DNA of 64,000 bases from Verrucomicrobiota bacterium (GTDB taxonomy: Bacteria > Verrucomicrobiota > Verrucomicrobiia > Limisphaerales > JADLHS01), in assembly GCA_049840435.1 (NCBI GenBank), contig JASGKY010000044.1, forward strand, positions 131,664 to 195,663, in the 5' to 3' direction. The notes under the pieces were generated by a model that worked only from the letters and a program-made list of their open reading frames with translations, did not search any database and was not told the origin of the DNA. Below are positions 9,363 through 20,289 of this stretch, one piece after another. Numbering within the stretch: the first letter of the stretch is position 1; each line of letters begins with the position of its first letter. The position numbers and the translations under genes are program-made.

Positions 9363-10514
9363 TCAGTATTGCTTGGTGAGTCGTCCTGTGCGTTGCGGGT
9401 TGGCGCGAAACATCGGCCATGGAGAATTCGCCAAGCGCGGCATGCCCTTAAAGGCATGGAATCCCAAACCATCGCTAGCCGCATAAGCCGTCCCATCGCT
9501 GGTTACCACAGGTGAGGTGTGGATTGCCGTGCCGAGCGAGTGGTGCCACAGCCCTCCCCCTCCCCGAGCGAAGATGCAAAGGAACAAATCTGTTCCGGCA
9601 GTAAACACGAGGTTGCCCTCCAACGCCACCGGGGTCGTTACCTGCCAATCCAAGGTGCGAAACCCACCCGGACTCAGACTGCGTTGCCACAGAAATTCTC
9701 CCGCGGCGGAGAATTCACAGTGATTGGTGTTTACGTCAACATAGACGTTCCCTTCTGCACCGAGCACCGGGGACGCCGCTGTGATGCCGCCCGTGTGACG
9801 TTTCCAGCGTATGGTACCAGTGTCCGTGAGGGCGTAGAGATTTCCATCCGTCGAGGTGAAATAGACCGTGCCATCCGCGCTGAGCGCCGGGGACGATAGG
9901 ATTGCGCCGCCGGTGGCGAACTCCCAGCGTTTCGTGCCGTCCGGACGCAACGCGTACAACTTCCGGTCATGCGATCCAAAATAAATTCCGCCGTCCGCAG
10001 CAATGGCGGCCGAGGACGTGATGGGGCCGGCGGCGGCAAATTTCCAGCGCACCTGCCCGGCGGCATCGAGCGCATAAAATTGTTTGTCCCAAGAGCCGAA
10101 ATAAATCGTTCCGTCCATCCCGAGGGCGGGCGAAGCATCCACCCACCCACCGGTTTTGAAACTCCAGCGCAGCTTGCCATCCGTGGCGACCGCATAAAAT
10201 CGGTGGTTGCGGCAGCCGAAGTAAACCGTGCCTTCCGAGCCGATGGCCGGCGTCGAGGCGATTTCAAAATCAGTTGCAAACACCCAGCGTTGCGAGCCAT
10301 CTGGATTCAATGCAAAAAGCTTTCCCGCGCCTGCTGTCACGTAGATGTTCCCGCCCGAATCCAGCGCGGGAGATGATTCATTATGTCGGCCGAGCGTGAT
10401 CGTCCAAATGTTGGTGGGAGGGGGCGTCAGAACTTGGTCTGCTGGGAGCGCTGTGCTCGCACCGAGGAAACTCAACCCCGCCATCAACCCGCCCAACCGT
10501 ATTGATAAGTTCAT
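9363..10514 (-). CDS. Secreted PQQ-like (BamB-type) beta-propeller repeat protein
   Basis: Signal peptide; repeats of SSPAxxxDGxxYFGSxDxxLYALxxDGxxRWxF; C-terminal SPWPMFRANPQRTG. Confidence 0.9.
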   Translation of the reverse strand: MNLSIRLGGLMAGLSFLGASTALPADQVLTPPPTNIWTITLGRHNESSPALDSGGNIYVTAGAGKLFALNPDGSQRWVFATDFEIASTPAIGSEGTVYFGCRNHRFYAVATDGKLRWSFKTGGWVDASPALGMDGTIYFGSWDKQFYALDAAGQVRWKFAAAGPITSSAAIAADGGIYFGSHDRKLYALRPDGTKRWEFATGGAILSSPALSADGTVYFTSTDGNLYALTDTGTIRWKRHTGGITAASPVLGAEGNVYVDVNTNHCEFSAAGEFLWQRSLSPGGFRTLDWQVTTPVALEGNLVFTAGTDLFLCIFARGGGGLWHHSLGTAIHTSPVVTSDGTAYAASDGLGFHAFKGMPRLANSPWPMFRANPQRTGRLTKQY

Positions 10515-10823
10515 GAGCCTTATGCCTTCAGTTTTTCGCTGCTGTCGCGCTTTGATTCATTTGGCCGAAAAACAGACCGTCAACCGCGCCTCGCAGCCAG
10601 CGGACTAGCAGCGTGTCGAAAGCCGCGCCGCAAAACAACTTCATCGACAGGCAAGGATTCGCTGTCGCCCTTCATTTCACAAGGCTAAGTTCCGACGTCC
10701 GCGCGACCGGGCGCATCTCAGTCAGCTACAAGCAGTCTCGTGTTGGTGCGATGATGCTAGTGTTCCGAGGCGAAGGTGTTTCCCTCACTGGACAACCACT
10801 CAGGTGCTTGACATGCTGCGCGA

Positions 10824-11639
10824 ATGAAGAAGTTGAATTTTGGCTGCGGCAATCGGTTTGCCAAAGGCTGGGTGAACATTGATTTTCATTCCCAGCACCC
10901 GGAAGTCCAACGCGTCAATCTCCTGCAAAAGTTCCCTTTTGCTGACGGTAGTTTTGATGTGGTGTACAGCAGCCACGTCCTGGAGCATTTCCCGTTGGCC
11001 ACCACGGAAGGAATCCTGCGGGAATGCCATCGGGTCTTGAAGTCGGGGGGGATTGTTCGCACTGTGTTGCCAAGTTTGGAATTCACCTGCCGCGAATATG
11101 TCAAAATTCTCGACGAGGTTGCGTCTTCCGAGTTAGCCCGGCGCCAGCATGAGTGGATCGTTCTGGAATTATTGGATCAACTGACTCGCACCAAGCCTTC
11201 CGGTTTAATTGCTCCCTTCCGGCGAAAACTGGAGGCGACCAACGATCAGGAATTGATTGCCTATGTCCAGTCGCGCACCGATACCATTCCATGGGCGCCG
11301 GCGGAGCAGGTCTCCTTCGGGAACAAACTCCGTTCGCTGACTTTTGGCAAACTGCGCACCAAGTTGGTCTATTGTTATGTGGATTTGATCAAGGCGTTGC
11401 TGCCTCCCAGCCTGCGGGCCACGCTGGTTGACGACACACGTATTGGCGAAAAGCACAAATGGATGTATAGCCCATATAGTTTCGGTCTGGTGCTCCAACG
11501 GTGTGGCTTTGGGCAAATCAAGTCCTTGTCGGCCTCCGAATCGGACATCCCGGATTTCAATGCCGATTTACTCGACATGGAAGCGGATGGGAGAATTTAC
11601 AAGCCTGGCTCTATTTTCTCAGAGGCCAGAAAACCTTGA
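10824..11639 (+). CDS. Methyltransferase type 11 domain protein
   Basis: KLNFGCG...GWVNID, FDVVYSSHVLEH, ECHRVLKSGG, GEKHKWMY. Confidence 0.9.
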   Translation: MKKLNFGCGNRFAKGWVNIDFHSQHPEVQRVNLLQKFPFADGSFDVVYSSHVLEHFPLATTEGILRECHRVLKSGGIVRTVLPSLEFTCREYVKILDEVASSELARRQHEWIVLELLDQLTRTKPSGLIAPFRRKLEATNDQELIAYVQSRTDTIPWAPAEQVSFGNKLRSLTFGKLRTKLVYCYVDLIKALLPPSLRATLVDDTRIGEKHKWMYSPYSFGLVLQRCGFGQIKSLSASESDIPDFNADLLDMEADGRIYKPGSIFSEARKP

Positions 11640-11821
11640 CCGCCGCAGTGAACCCTGCATCTAACTCTGCGCCGAGACAGCTGCTTATACAACTGCGTCA
11701 CAAGCTGAAACATGTGCTTCGCTCAGTGCTCAACTGCTTGTGAACAGCGATTTCTAGCACCGCGCGGGTAAGTGAGCTGGACTCTCCTTGAACTCTTGTT
11801 TTTTGTGCTTATCATAGCGGC

Positions 11822-13156
11822 GTGAGAAGTGGATCTCCATTGGGTGTGGCGGCAGGGATTATCTCAGCCTTATTCTTTATTTTCACCCCCCGGCTCCACG
11901 CAGAGGAGACCAATCTCTTAGAATCTTTAAATCTGTCGCTTCCACGGTTTTGGAACGCCATGGAATCCCGTCCAGGTCCCGTTTCGGTGGTTGCCTTTGG
12001 GGACAGCCTACAGGTACCGCATCGATCATTGTGCCAGTACCTATTCGCCTCATTGGTTTCCAAGGCCGGGCAGGCGGGACACTCGTTTTCTTGGCCGCCT
12101 TCAATTTCGAATCCGGATCTGGCTGGTGGAGCGTTTTGGACTCCATTCGCGGCTGTGGATGATTACTGGTGGATGCAGTATCTGATGATGCCCCCGCCGG
12201 CTATTGTGGCTTGGCGTAATCAAAGTCAGGTCAGTGGAGCGACATTATGCGATTTGATCGGGCTCTACTACTGCGTCGGGCCAGAGGGGGGGCAAATGCA
12301 GGTTGATGTTGCCACGAATGGCGGGGCTTGGTTGCCATTGGAGCTTTTAGATACTTATCGCGAAACAATTGAGACGCGATACGCTCGGTGGCAGTTGCCA
12401 CTCGGATATTACCAGATGCGGGTGCGGTCATTGACCGGAATCACGAATCGGGTGTTGGGGCCGGAAATGCTGAACTCGCATAGTAACGGTATCAGCACAG
12501 CCTATCTCTGGAACGACGGCGCGAATTTGAAAAGTATTCTCTCTTTTTCACCCCAAATCTTAGGCCCAGTGTTTTCGAACATTCACCCTGATCTTATAGT
12601 TTGGCACATGAAGGAACTGGCTAACCTAGGGGAAGTTACCCTGAGTAACGAACTGGAACGGCTAGAGGGATTCTGGAAGACAGTCGCGCCGGATGCTGAG
12701 GTGGTCTATATCGGGACGCCCTATGAGGCTATCGATTCCACCAATGTTCATACCGTAATACAGAACCGGTTGGTCCGGGATCTGGCCCTGCGTACGGGGC
12801 GTTGTTACGTGGATTGCATGACGCCGTTTGGTAGCTTTGCGCAGATGGTGACGAATGGCTACTTAGACGACGTAGTTCATATTAGTAATCCCGGTTACGC
12901 ATTCATGAACACCTTGGTTTGGGATCAACTGTGTTTTGAGGCGCTTCGTCAGGACCGGCGGCTAATGGCTCGAGGCACGTTGGCAGCACCGGTGCTTTCA
13001 TTTCAAAGTTTCACCAATATTGAGCATGTACTTCAAACATCTTCGAATCTCTCGGATTGGAGTATTGTGACCAGTTTGCAAGGTGATGGAACGCGAAAGG
13101 CAGTCACCAATCCGCCGGCTCATTCCCCAGTTTTTTATCGAATGCTGCTACGGTAG
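11822..13156 (+). CDS. Secreted SGNH/GDSL-hydrolase-like protein with C-terminal 'SSNLxxW..FYR' domain
   Basis: Signal peptide; VAFGDSL (block I); DDVVH (block V); tail LQTSSNLSDW...VFYRMLLR. Confidence 0.8.
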   Translation: MRSGSPLGVAAGIISALFFIFTPRLHAEETNLLESLNLSLPRFWNAMESRPGPVSVVAFGDSLQVPHRSLCQYLFASLVSKAGQAGHSFSWPPSISNPDLAGGAFWTPFAAVDDYWWMQYLMMPPPAIVAWRNQSQVSGATLCDLIGLYYCVGPEGGQMQVDVATNGGAWLPLELLDTYRETIETRYARWQLPLGYYQMRVRSLTGITNRVLGPEMLNSHSNGISTAYLWNDGANLKSILSFSPQILGPVFSNIHPDLIVWHMKELANLGEVTLSNELERLEGFWKTVAPDAEVVYIGTPYEAIDSTNVHTVIQNRLVRDLALRTGRCYVDCMTPFGSFAQMVTNGYLDDVVHISNPGYAFMNTLVWDQLCFEALRQDRRLMARGTLAAPVLSFQSFTNIEHVLQTSSNLSDWSIVTSLQGDGTRKAVTNPPAHSPVFYRMLLR

Positions 13157-13259
13157 GCAATTGCACCGCGTCGCCCATTTTATGATTCGTTTCGGTCTAC
13201 ATCACAGCTATTCCGCCAACATGGCTTCTGGTGTGTCTCGCGGGTGGCCCATTGACCCA

Positions 13260-16200
13260 ATGGCCCTTCTCTGGAACTTCTGGCTGGAGTGTCGTTGGCG
13301 ATACGACCGGAAAGCGCGGCGGCTTGTCTTGCTGGCGATATGGCTGGGCGGACTAATTGCAGCGGTATGCTTTTCATCGAGTGCGGTGGCGGCTGCTAGC
13401 GTCGAGCGTTACAGCTTTCAGGAGGACTTCTCCTTTACGGAGAATACGGCGAAGTCTATTTGGTCTTATCGGTTTCAGGCCAACGGCGTACCCGACAACA
13501 CTGCGCGTGATGGGCAATACGAATTGATGCTGGATCCGGTGGATAGCCCGACTAGCTACAGTCCGAACTCCAAGACTGGATGGTGTGATAGCGCAGGTTT
13601 CAACGGCACAGTCGAGATGCCGCAGGTGATTAAAAACGTCGCTACCTATGTCAATGACGGTATTCCTCCCAAAGAAGTAGTCGTTCACCCAGACAGAAAT
13701 CAAATCGTGGTGGTTAGTTGGCTAGCTCCGAGATCTGGGACCATCAAGGTCAGTTTTGAGTTCACAGATTTGGTGGTGTACAGAATCGCCGGATTACGAT
13801 GATGGAGTGACGTGGTTTGTGGACGTTGGTGATGCCACCGGGAACTTGGCGTCCGGACTTCTACAGCCGGGAGCTTCGACAGGCAGCCTCACCCGCACGA
13901 ACATTTCTGTTGTGGCCGGCGACCGGGTGCATTTTATCGTGGGGCGAAGCGGAAACTCTTTGGAGAAGAGCTGGTTTGACACGACCGATCTGAAGGCTGT
14001 GATTGAATATACTGATACGCCAGCGGCTATTGTTGCTACTCCGTCGGCGGCTTTCCCCCTGACCTACAATTCCAGTACGAACGAATGGACGTGTGTCTAT
14101 CAAGCAAATGGTTCGCCGAATAATCTGGCGCGGGACGGCAATTATGAACTGCTATCGCAACGAACCACTTCGTTTTTTGGGCTGACCAATGTGGTGGGTT
14201 GGACGGATTCGGGTGGCTTGCCGGCGGTCATGATTAACACCAACTATACCGTGACGATTGGGGCATCCGGGCTCAAGCTGGAAGCTTTCGAACTATTGTT
14301 GCACCCAGCTCCGAACCAGTTAGTCGGAATACAGTGGCTGGCCCCCCAGTCTGGGCGGGTGTCTATTCAATTTCAGTTTGATGATTTGGACTGGGGTGGC
14401 GGAGATGGTGTTGATTGGTATCTTCAACAACCCCGCCTTGGGCAGGAGCTGGCTCGAGGCTCAGTTCATTTGAGCAGCTCTGGCCGGCGTCCTACCACCA
14501 TCGATGTCATTGCAGGAGAAAAGTTGTGTTTTTTGGTCAGTCCGAAGGGAGCGGATCACACCTATGATTCCACCAAGTTGTGGGCTCATATCCAGTATCA
14601 AGAGCCGTTGACCGTAGCGCTGGCAGTTTCTAATGAAACGGTGCAGGTAGCGCGAGTGACTTGGGGGTTTCCGGGCGATCAACAGTTGTTCCGGTCTGGT
14701 GACGTCAATGGACCTTGGTACACCATTGCAGACACAAAAATCGGTTTGAGCGGAACGATGGCCCTCAATTACTGCTTTGAGGAATTGCCGTGTGGCCGGG
14801 GGGCTTTCTTCAAACTCAATTATGCTGGTACCGAGCGCCCAAAGCTATCCATGGATGGCACTTTGTTTAGCGCAAATTTTCTCGAGGGGATTCCGCCGAA
14901 TTTTCTCAATGTTCAGGTGGGCGACGTCACTTTTGCCGAATGGAAGACGAACGCGCTCTTAACCACCAGCTCGACCCCATTGGATACGAACCGGACAGCG
15001 GTGGTGTATGTATGGAACGATCCGTCTGGTCTAGAGATTTCATGTGAGGCTCTGTGTTACGCCGACTTTCCAGCAGTGGAGTGGTTGATGTGGGTTAAGA
15101 ACAACGGCGTCAGCAATTCACCTCCGTGAAGAATCTGTGTCCCCTCGACGCTATCTTCGTAGGTGCGCCCGATAGCACTCTCAGCCTCCACAGTTCGGTC
15201 GGAGGGCAACAGTCCCGAGAAGCTTTCCGTCCGGAAACAGAAGTTATAAGTGAAGGCACCAAAAAACGCTTCGGAACACCCGTGGTCGATCCAGTGAGCA
15301 GGTCTTGCCTTTTTTTGATCTTGAATCCGGACAATCCGGCGTGGTTTTCGCCATCGGTTGGTCTGGGCAATGGCAAGCCGAACTCAATGGAATCTTGTCA
15401 CGAGAGGTGCGTGTGCAGGCGCGACAGGAATCACTTAATGTGAGGCTGCGACCAGGTGAACAGATTCGCAGTCCGAACATGCTGCTGTTGACATATACGG
15501 ACGGGCGCACTGCGGGGCTTAATACATTTCGTCGCTTCATGAGCCGCCACGTGTATCCACAGAATACCAACGCGCAAATTCCGGGCCTTCAGATGAATTC
15601 TTGGTATGTGTATGGCGACAACGGCTACCCTCCCATCAACGAAACCAACTTGGTGCACTTGCTGGAGGCGTATCGGGCGCTGGACATTGATACCGTTGTG
15701 ATTGATGCCTGTTGGAACGGCGAATCTTGGTGGGGAGATGCGGGCAATTGGACACCAGCCACCAACCGCTTTCCCAGAGGGCTAGCGCCGGTGGGACAAG
15801 CTGCCACCAATCTGGCGATGCGGCTTGGGCTTTGGTTTGAATTAGAGAAGGCCGCCACGGGGACGGCCGCGCTTCGGGAACGCCCAGAACTCTTTTTGTC
15901 CGCACTGGGCTTCAACTGGGCGCTGCTTAACTTGGGAAAGCCTGCCGCACGCGAGTGGTATGTCACCAACCTGAACTATTACCTGACCAATACTCCGCTC
16001 GGTTATTTCAAGCATGATTACAACGTAAATCCCAAGCTCTTCTGGCGCGCTCAAGATCGCGAAGATGGGGTGGGGCTCACAGAAAACCTCTATATTCAAG
16101 GCCTGTATTCAACATTGGATCAAGTTCGAGCCTTGCATCCGGAGGTGGTTTTTGAAGGTTGTTCCAGCGGTGGGCTGCGGATGGATTGGGAAATGTTGCG

Positions 16201-16764
16201 CCGAGTCGATTGCTACTTTAAGAGCGATCTGTGGTTTGATCCGTTGGGTCACCAATGCCACATCATGGGGACAGCGCATATCTCTCAGCCAACTGCCTGC
16301 TAACTCCCTTTAAAAGTCTCGACCCAGATCCGTATGCTTTTCGCAGTCAGCTTGGAGCGGCTATGTCATGTGGTTGGGACCCCGACAGTGTAGACTATGA
16401 CCCCGTGCTGGTGGCGGATCGGGTGCGGGAATACAAATCTCTGCGTCATCTCTTTCAGGGAGATTTCTATCCGTTGTTCCCTCATTCAACCAGCGAGACT
16501 GTGTGGGCGGGCTGGCAGTTCCATCGAGGTGACTTGGGCGAAGGCATGGCCGTGGTCTTCCGTCGGTCTTCCGCGGCTAGCAGCATCACTGCCATAACTC
16601 TCAACGGGCTGAAGGCGGGGGCGAACTATGAATTTGTATGGGTAGACGAGGGTGTGACCAATCAGCTTAGTGGCGTCAGTTTGAGCCAGCCCCTGACGGT
16701 GACGCTCACCAACCGACCGGGCTGCAGCGCTGCTGTTGTATCACGAAGTGGGGCCTTGACCTGA
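13260..16764 (+). CDS. Large secreted multidomain GH36 alpha-galactosidase, broken by about 4-5 frameshifts
   Basis: Consecutive overlapping ORFs 13083-13802, 13756-15129, 15126-15443, 15305-16303, 16255-16764. GH36 motifs VIDACW, GLWFELE, YFKHDYN, FEGCSSGGLRMD, GDFYPL. Signal peptide plus two N-terminal beta-sandwich repeats. Confidence 0.8.
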
Positions 16765-17705
16765 TTTGGCCGCTGCGGGCCGACTTCGACCGCGTGTGAG
16801 TACAGCGAGGGCGCGGTGAAACATGCGAGCGAACCGGGCGGGATTGCATTGGGTGAGGTCGAGCGCGATCAGTCGGACGAAGAGTGCCGGTCGCACCCAG
16901 ATCAGGCAGTCCAGCGCCCCTGGAATAGTCCGGTAATGTCCGCGTAGGCAAGCGCGTTTCTCGGCCCGGCTCAGAATGGGTGACGCTAGCACCGCCTCAG
17001 GTAGATGTACGCAACCCACTTCGATTCGCTGGTCTGCCCAACTGATGTCGGGGCCGGCGTTGATTTTTCGGCTGGGTAGCACGCATCCAGGAAGGTCCGC
17101 CACAGCCGCCATCAGCAGGCTTGTGAACCAGAACAGGGATGAAAACGTCTGCTTGGACAGCTGGGGTTGCAGCCGATCTGTGCGAATCACATTCGAGCTG
17201 ATCAGCGTGAACCAGCGGAAGTAGTCCCCGAATACGTTGCGGCTGCGTTCGGCAAAAACCGGCGCGCTTGGGCAGCGTGACAATGTGGGACCATCGGGAT
17301 TGGTGAACTGATGCGGGAGATGAATCCAAGCCAGCTCGGGATGGCTGTCCAGACAAGCCAGGATTTCTCTCAGCAGTTCAGGCTCGAACAGGTCGTCGTC
17401 GCTGAAAAGCCACAGATATTTTCCCGGGCTTGCCCATACAGCCAAGCGAGGTGCAGGCTCATGCCATAATTGATCGGCTGATGAATGATGCGCAGGCGAG
17501 GTTGACTAGGGAGCGCATTTAGAAAGTCACGAGTGCTGTCCGTAGAGCCGTTGTTGGAAATGATGAGTTCAACGCGCGGAGTGGCTGCTACCAGCGGCAC
17601 TAACATCGCCAACAACTGGCGCAAATACTTTTCGCGATTCCAAGTGGGCACGAGAATGCTCAGAAGCGGTCGCTCGGAAGCATCTTGGTCTTGTTGGTTA
17701 AGCAT
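16741..17705 (-). CDS. Glycosyltransferase family 2, frameshifted near 17440
   Basis: LLSILVPTWNR..ISNNGSTD in ORF 17370-17762 continues as GKYLWLFSDDD in ORF 16741-17445. Confidence 0.85.
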
Positions 17706-17710
17706 GAAAG

Positions 17711-19128
17711 TCAGTGAGACGGGTTCGTCATTTTGGGTTGTAGGAGGGAACGCATATCCCAAAAACGCTGCCAGTATGTGTGCCGGTCAGTGCCCAAGCT
17801 GCGCAACCCTCGCCACACTACCCACCAGTTGTTAAAACTTAACTGAACCAAGCCTTGCGCCGCAAGCATGCCCCAAAAGCCAAAACTAGGAGTTAATACG
17901 AGGCTGAGTGCCACCACCGCCCCGCCGGAAATTAGTGCCGGCCCAAGGAAGGGATTTAAATTTTCGGTCAGCACCAGGGCGGCAAAGTGGCCGTGATGCT
18001 GTTCGGCGAGATAAATCGCGAGCAGCAGCAGGAGCGCCCCGGTCGGTAGCAGGCTGGTTTGGGAGCCGATCCCACGTGAGCAAAGTAGGCCCCAAGAAGA
18101 TCAACCCAATCGCACCCGCAACGAAGGTAGCGAGATAGAAACGAACCCGGTCCGCAAACAAAACGGCCACGGCTGTTGTATCGCCGCGCGCCCGAAGGAC
18201 ATTGATCAAAGGCAGTTTGACCTGAACCCAAACGCCACTGAACTGCGTCAGTATCAAAACAACGTTGAGGCTCAGAGTGTAACTTCCCAACTGCCCAAGA
18301 TCGAGCAGGGCGCTTCCAATCAATGTGTTGGCTTGCAGAATCAGGTAGGCGCCGAGGCTGACGGCTCCCAGTCGCCAAGAATTGGGCCATAGCACTTTGA
18401 TCAAGTCCCAGCGTATCTGCCCTTGCTCCAAAACGGCCTGGCTCAAAAAGCGCCGAAAAAGAACACACGTTGACACCCGCATAATTGTGCCCGATACCAG
18501 TGCCCCAGCGACCAACGACCAAATGCCACCGCCAAGAATTAGTCCGGTGATACCAATCACATAATTGGCGGCTTGGCCGACTAAGATGGCTTGTTGCGCT
18601 TGGCGCACGCGATTGATGCCATTGAGGAGCGCCATCCAATAGCCACCCCAAAAAGTGACTAACAAGCCAATGGCATATACTGCCCAAGCCGCGCGTAAGG
18701 AGGTTGAATTTGCTAGGTGGGCCGACTTGTGAGCAATCCACCATTCGCCCGCCGTCAATCCCAAGCCAAATGCCCCCAGTCCGACCCAGCGATAATACTG
18801 TCGCATGGTGGCCACCAAATCTGCCAATAGCGGGTAGTTAGGCTGTGCTTGAACGGTAGGATCAGACTTGGCCACTCCAAAAGGAAGTAACTTGGCCGCT
18901 CCCGCCCACGCAAAACCGGCGGCGCGCGTGACGTTTTGGGCAAACCCAAGATCAAGCTGATAAAACAGATTGGTCAGTGCCAAAAAAACCCCCCACAAAC
19001 CAAGCTCCTCCGCAGGTAGTTTCCGGCTGATAAGCAGGAACAACCCAATGCTGCCCAAAAGCCGGGTGCCCATGGAGACAAAACTCCACATTTCGGGGCT
19101 GTGCCAAAAGGGACCGAATAGATCGCAT
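17711..19128 (-). CDS. Wzx-like O-unit flippase (MATE-like), frameshifted
   Basis: Many TMs, 'LPAEELGLW..F', 'QLDLGF'. C-terminus in ORF 17711-17974 (ENLNPF..). Probable start MRSIRSL at 19128 with a homopolymer indel. Confidence 0.8.
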
Positions 19129-19145
19129 GGAAACAGGCGAGAAAA

Positions 19146-20009
19146 TTATGCGGCGCTGGGCGGACCATTCTTTGGAGTGGTCACCGCGGGCACATAACGC
19201 ATGATTTCGTTGGCGCGATACGGCACAGCCCCAGGAATCAGCCGCCCTTTTGCGTTCCAAACCCGCCACCAATGTTCAGCGAAATCGCGAAGACTCTGCG
19301 CCTGACCGCAGGCCAAATTCTCAATTAACGGGTTACCTGGTTGCACATCCGTTCGCGTTACCGCGGCAACAAACGCCGCGGCGACTTGTTCCACCGGAGT
19401 GAAGACGCGCACCTGTTCACCCAAAGTCATCGGGAAATCTTCTCCGGCCAAGGCGGCCTTGCGCAAGGCAGGCCAGAAGCGTGGGATCGCCTCGCCTTCG
19501 CCGTAAACGTGAAACGGGCGCAACAGAACCAGTTCGAGTCCGCGATCCACGGCCAAACCTAAGGCAGCCATCGTCGCGGCCGCCTTGGAAGCGTGATAAG
19601 GACCGGTTGGCAACAGCGGGGCGTCGGCTGGAATAAACTCCAGTTGTGCTGCCGTGCTGCCATACTCAAAACAGGAGCCGGTGATGATAAAACGTTTTAC
19701 CCCAGCATTTGCTGCTTGCAGCCACAAGTTCAGACTCTGCTCAACATTGACCTGGAAAAGTTTTTCCCATTCCAAGTTTTGCATGCTGACTCCTGCGGCG
19801 GCGAGGTGGATCAGGACATCGCAACCTTTCAGGGCAGCACGCCAATCGTCTGATAATGCGCCATCCACCCAAGCAGGTTGAGTCGGCAGGGGGATTTTCG
19901 GTCGATCACTCGAATAGCGTAGCGCTGTAACGATATGTCCTGCAGCCAGTGCTTGTTTGACGACATGGCTGCCAATAAAGCCAGAACCGCCGGTGATGAA
20001 AATCTTCAT
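19146..20009 (-). CDS. NAD-dependent epimerase/dehydratase (4-ketoreductase-like SDR)
   Basis: MKIFITGGSGFIG, GSCFEYG, YHASK. Confidence 0.9.
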   Translation of the reverse strand: MKIFITGGSGFIGSHVVKQALAAGHIVTALRYSSDRPKIPLPTQPAWVDGALSDDWRAALKGCDVLIHLAAAGVSMQNLEWEKLFQVNVEQSLNLWLQAANAGVKRFIITGSCFEYGSTAAQLEFIPADAPLLPTGPYHASKAAATMAALGLAVDRGLELVLLRPFHVYGEGEAIPRFWPALRKAALAGEDFPMTLGEQVRVFTPVEQVAAAFVAAVTRTDVQPGNPLIENLACGQAQSLRDFAEHWWRVWNAKGRLIPGAVPYRANEIMRYVPAVTTPKNGPPSAA

Positions 20010-20289
20010 ATTTGGGTTTGGACTAAGTGGTCGTGGCTTTAGAGTGTGGGACAACCTTGGGGAGTAAGCTGAAGTTTTGACTCATTTTACCGGAGTAGAG
20101 ACAGGGTCAGTTTTGTGGCAGATGTGATGACATATTGTGGGGTAGCAACGAATAAGCGAGGATGAACGCCAACTCGTATCATGATGCGATACACATCGAT
20201 CAAGTTGCCAATCATCCAAAATACCACTGAATTATGTTTGCTTATTTGGATGAATGCTAGAGGGCTTAGGTGTAACATTGGAGAGGACA

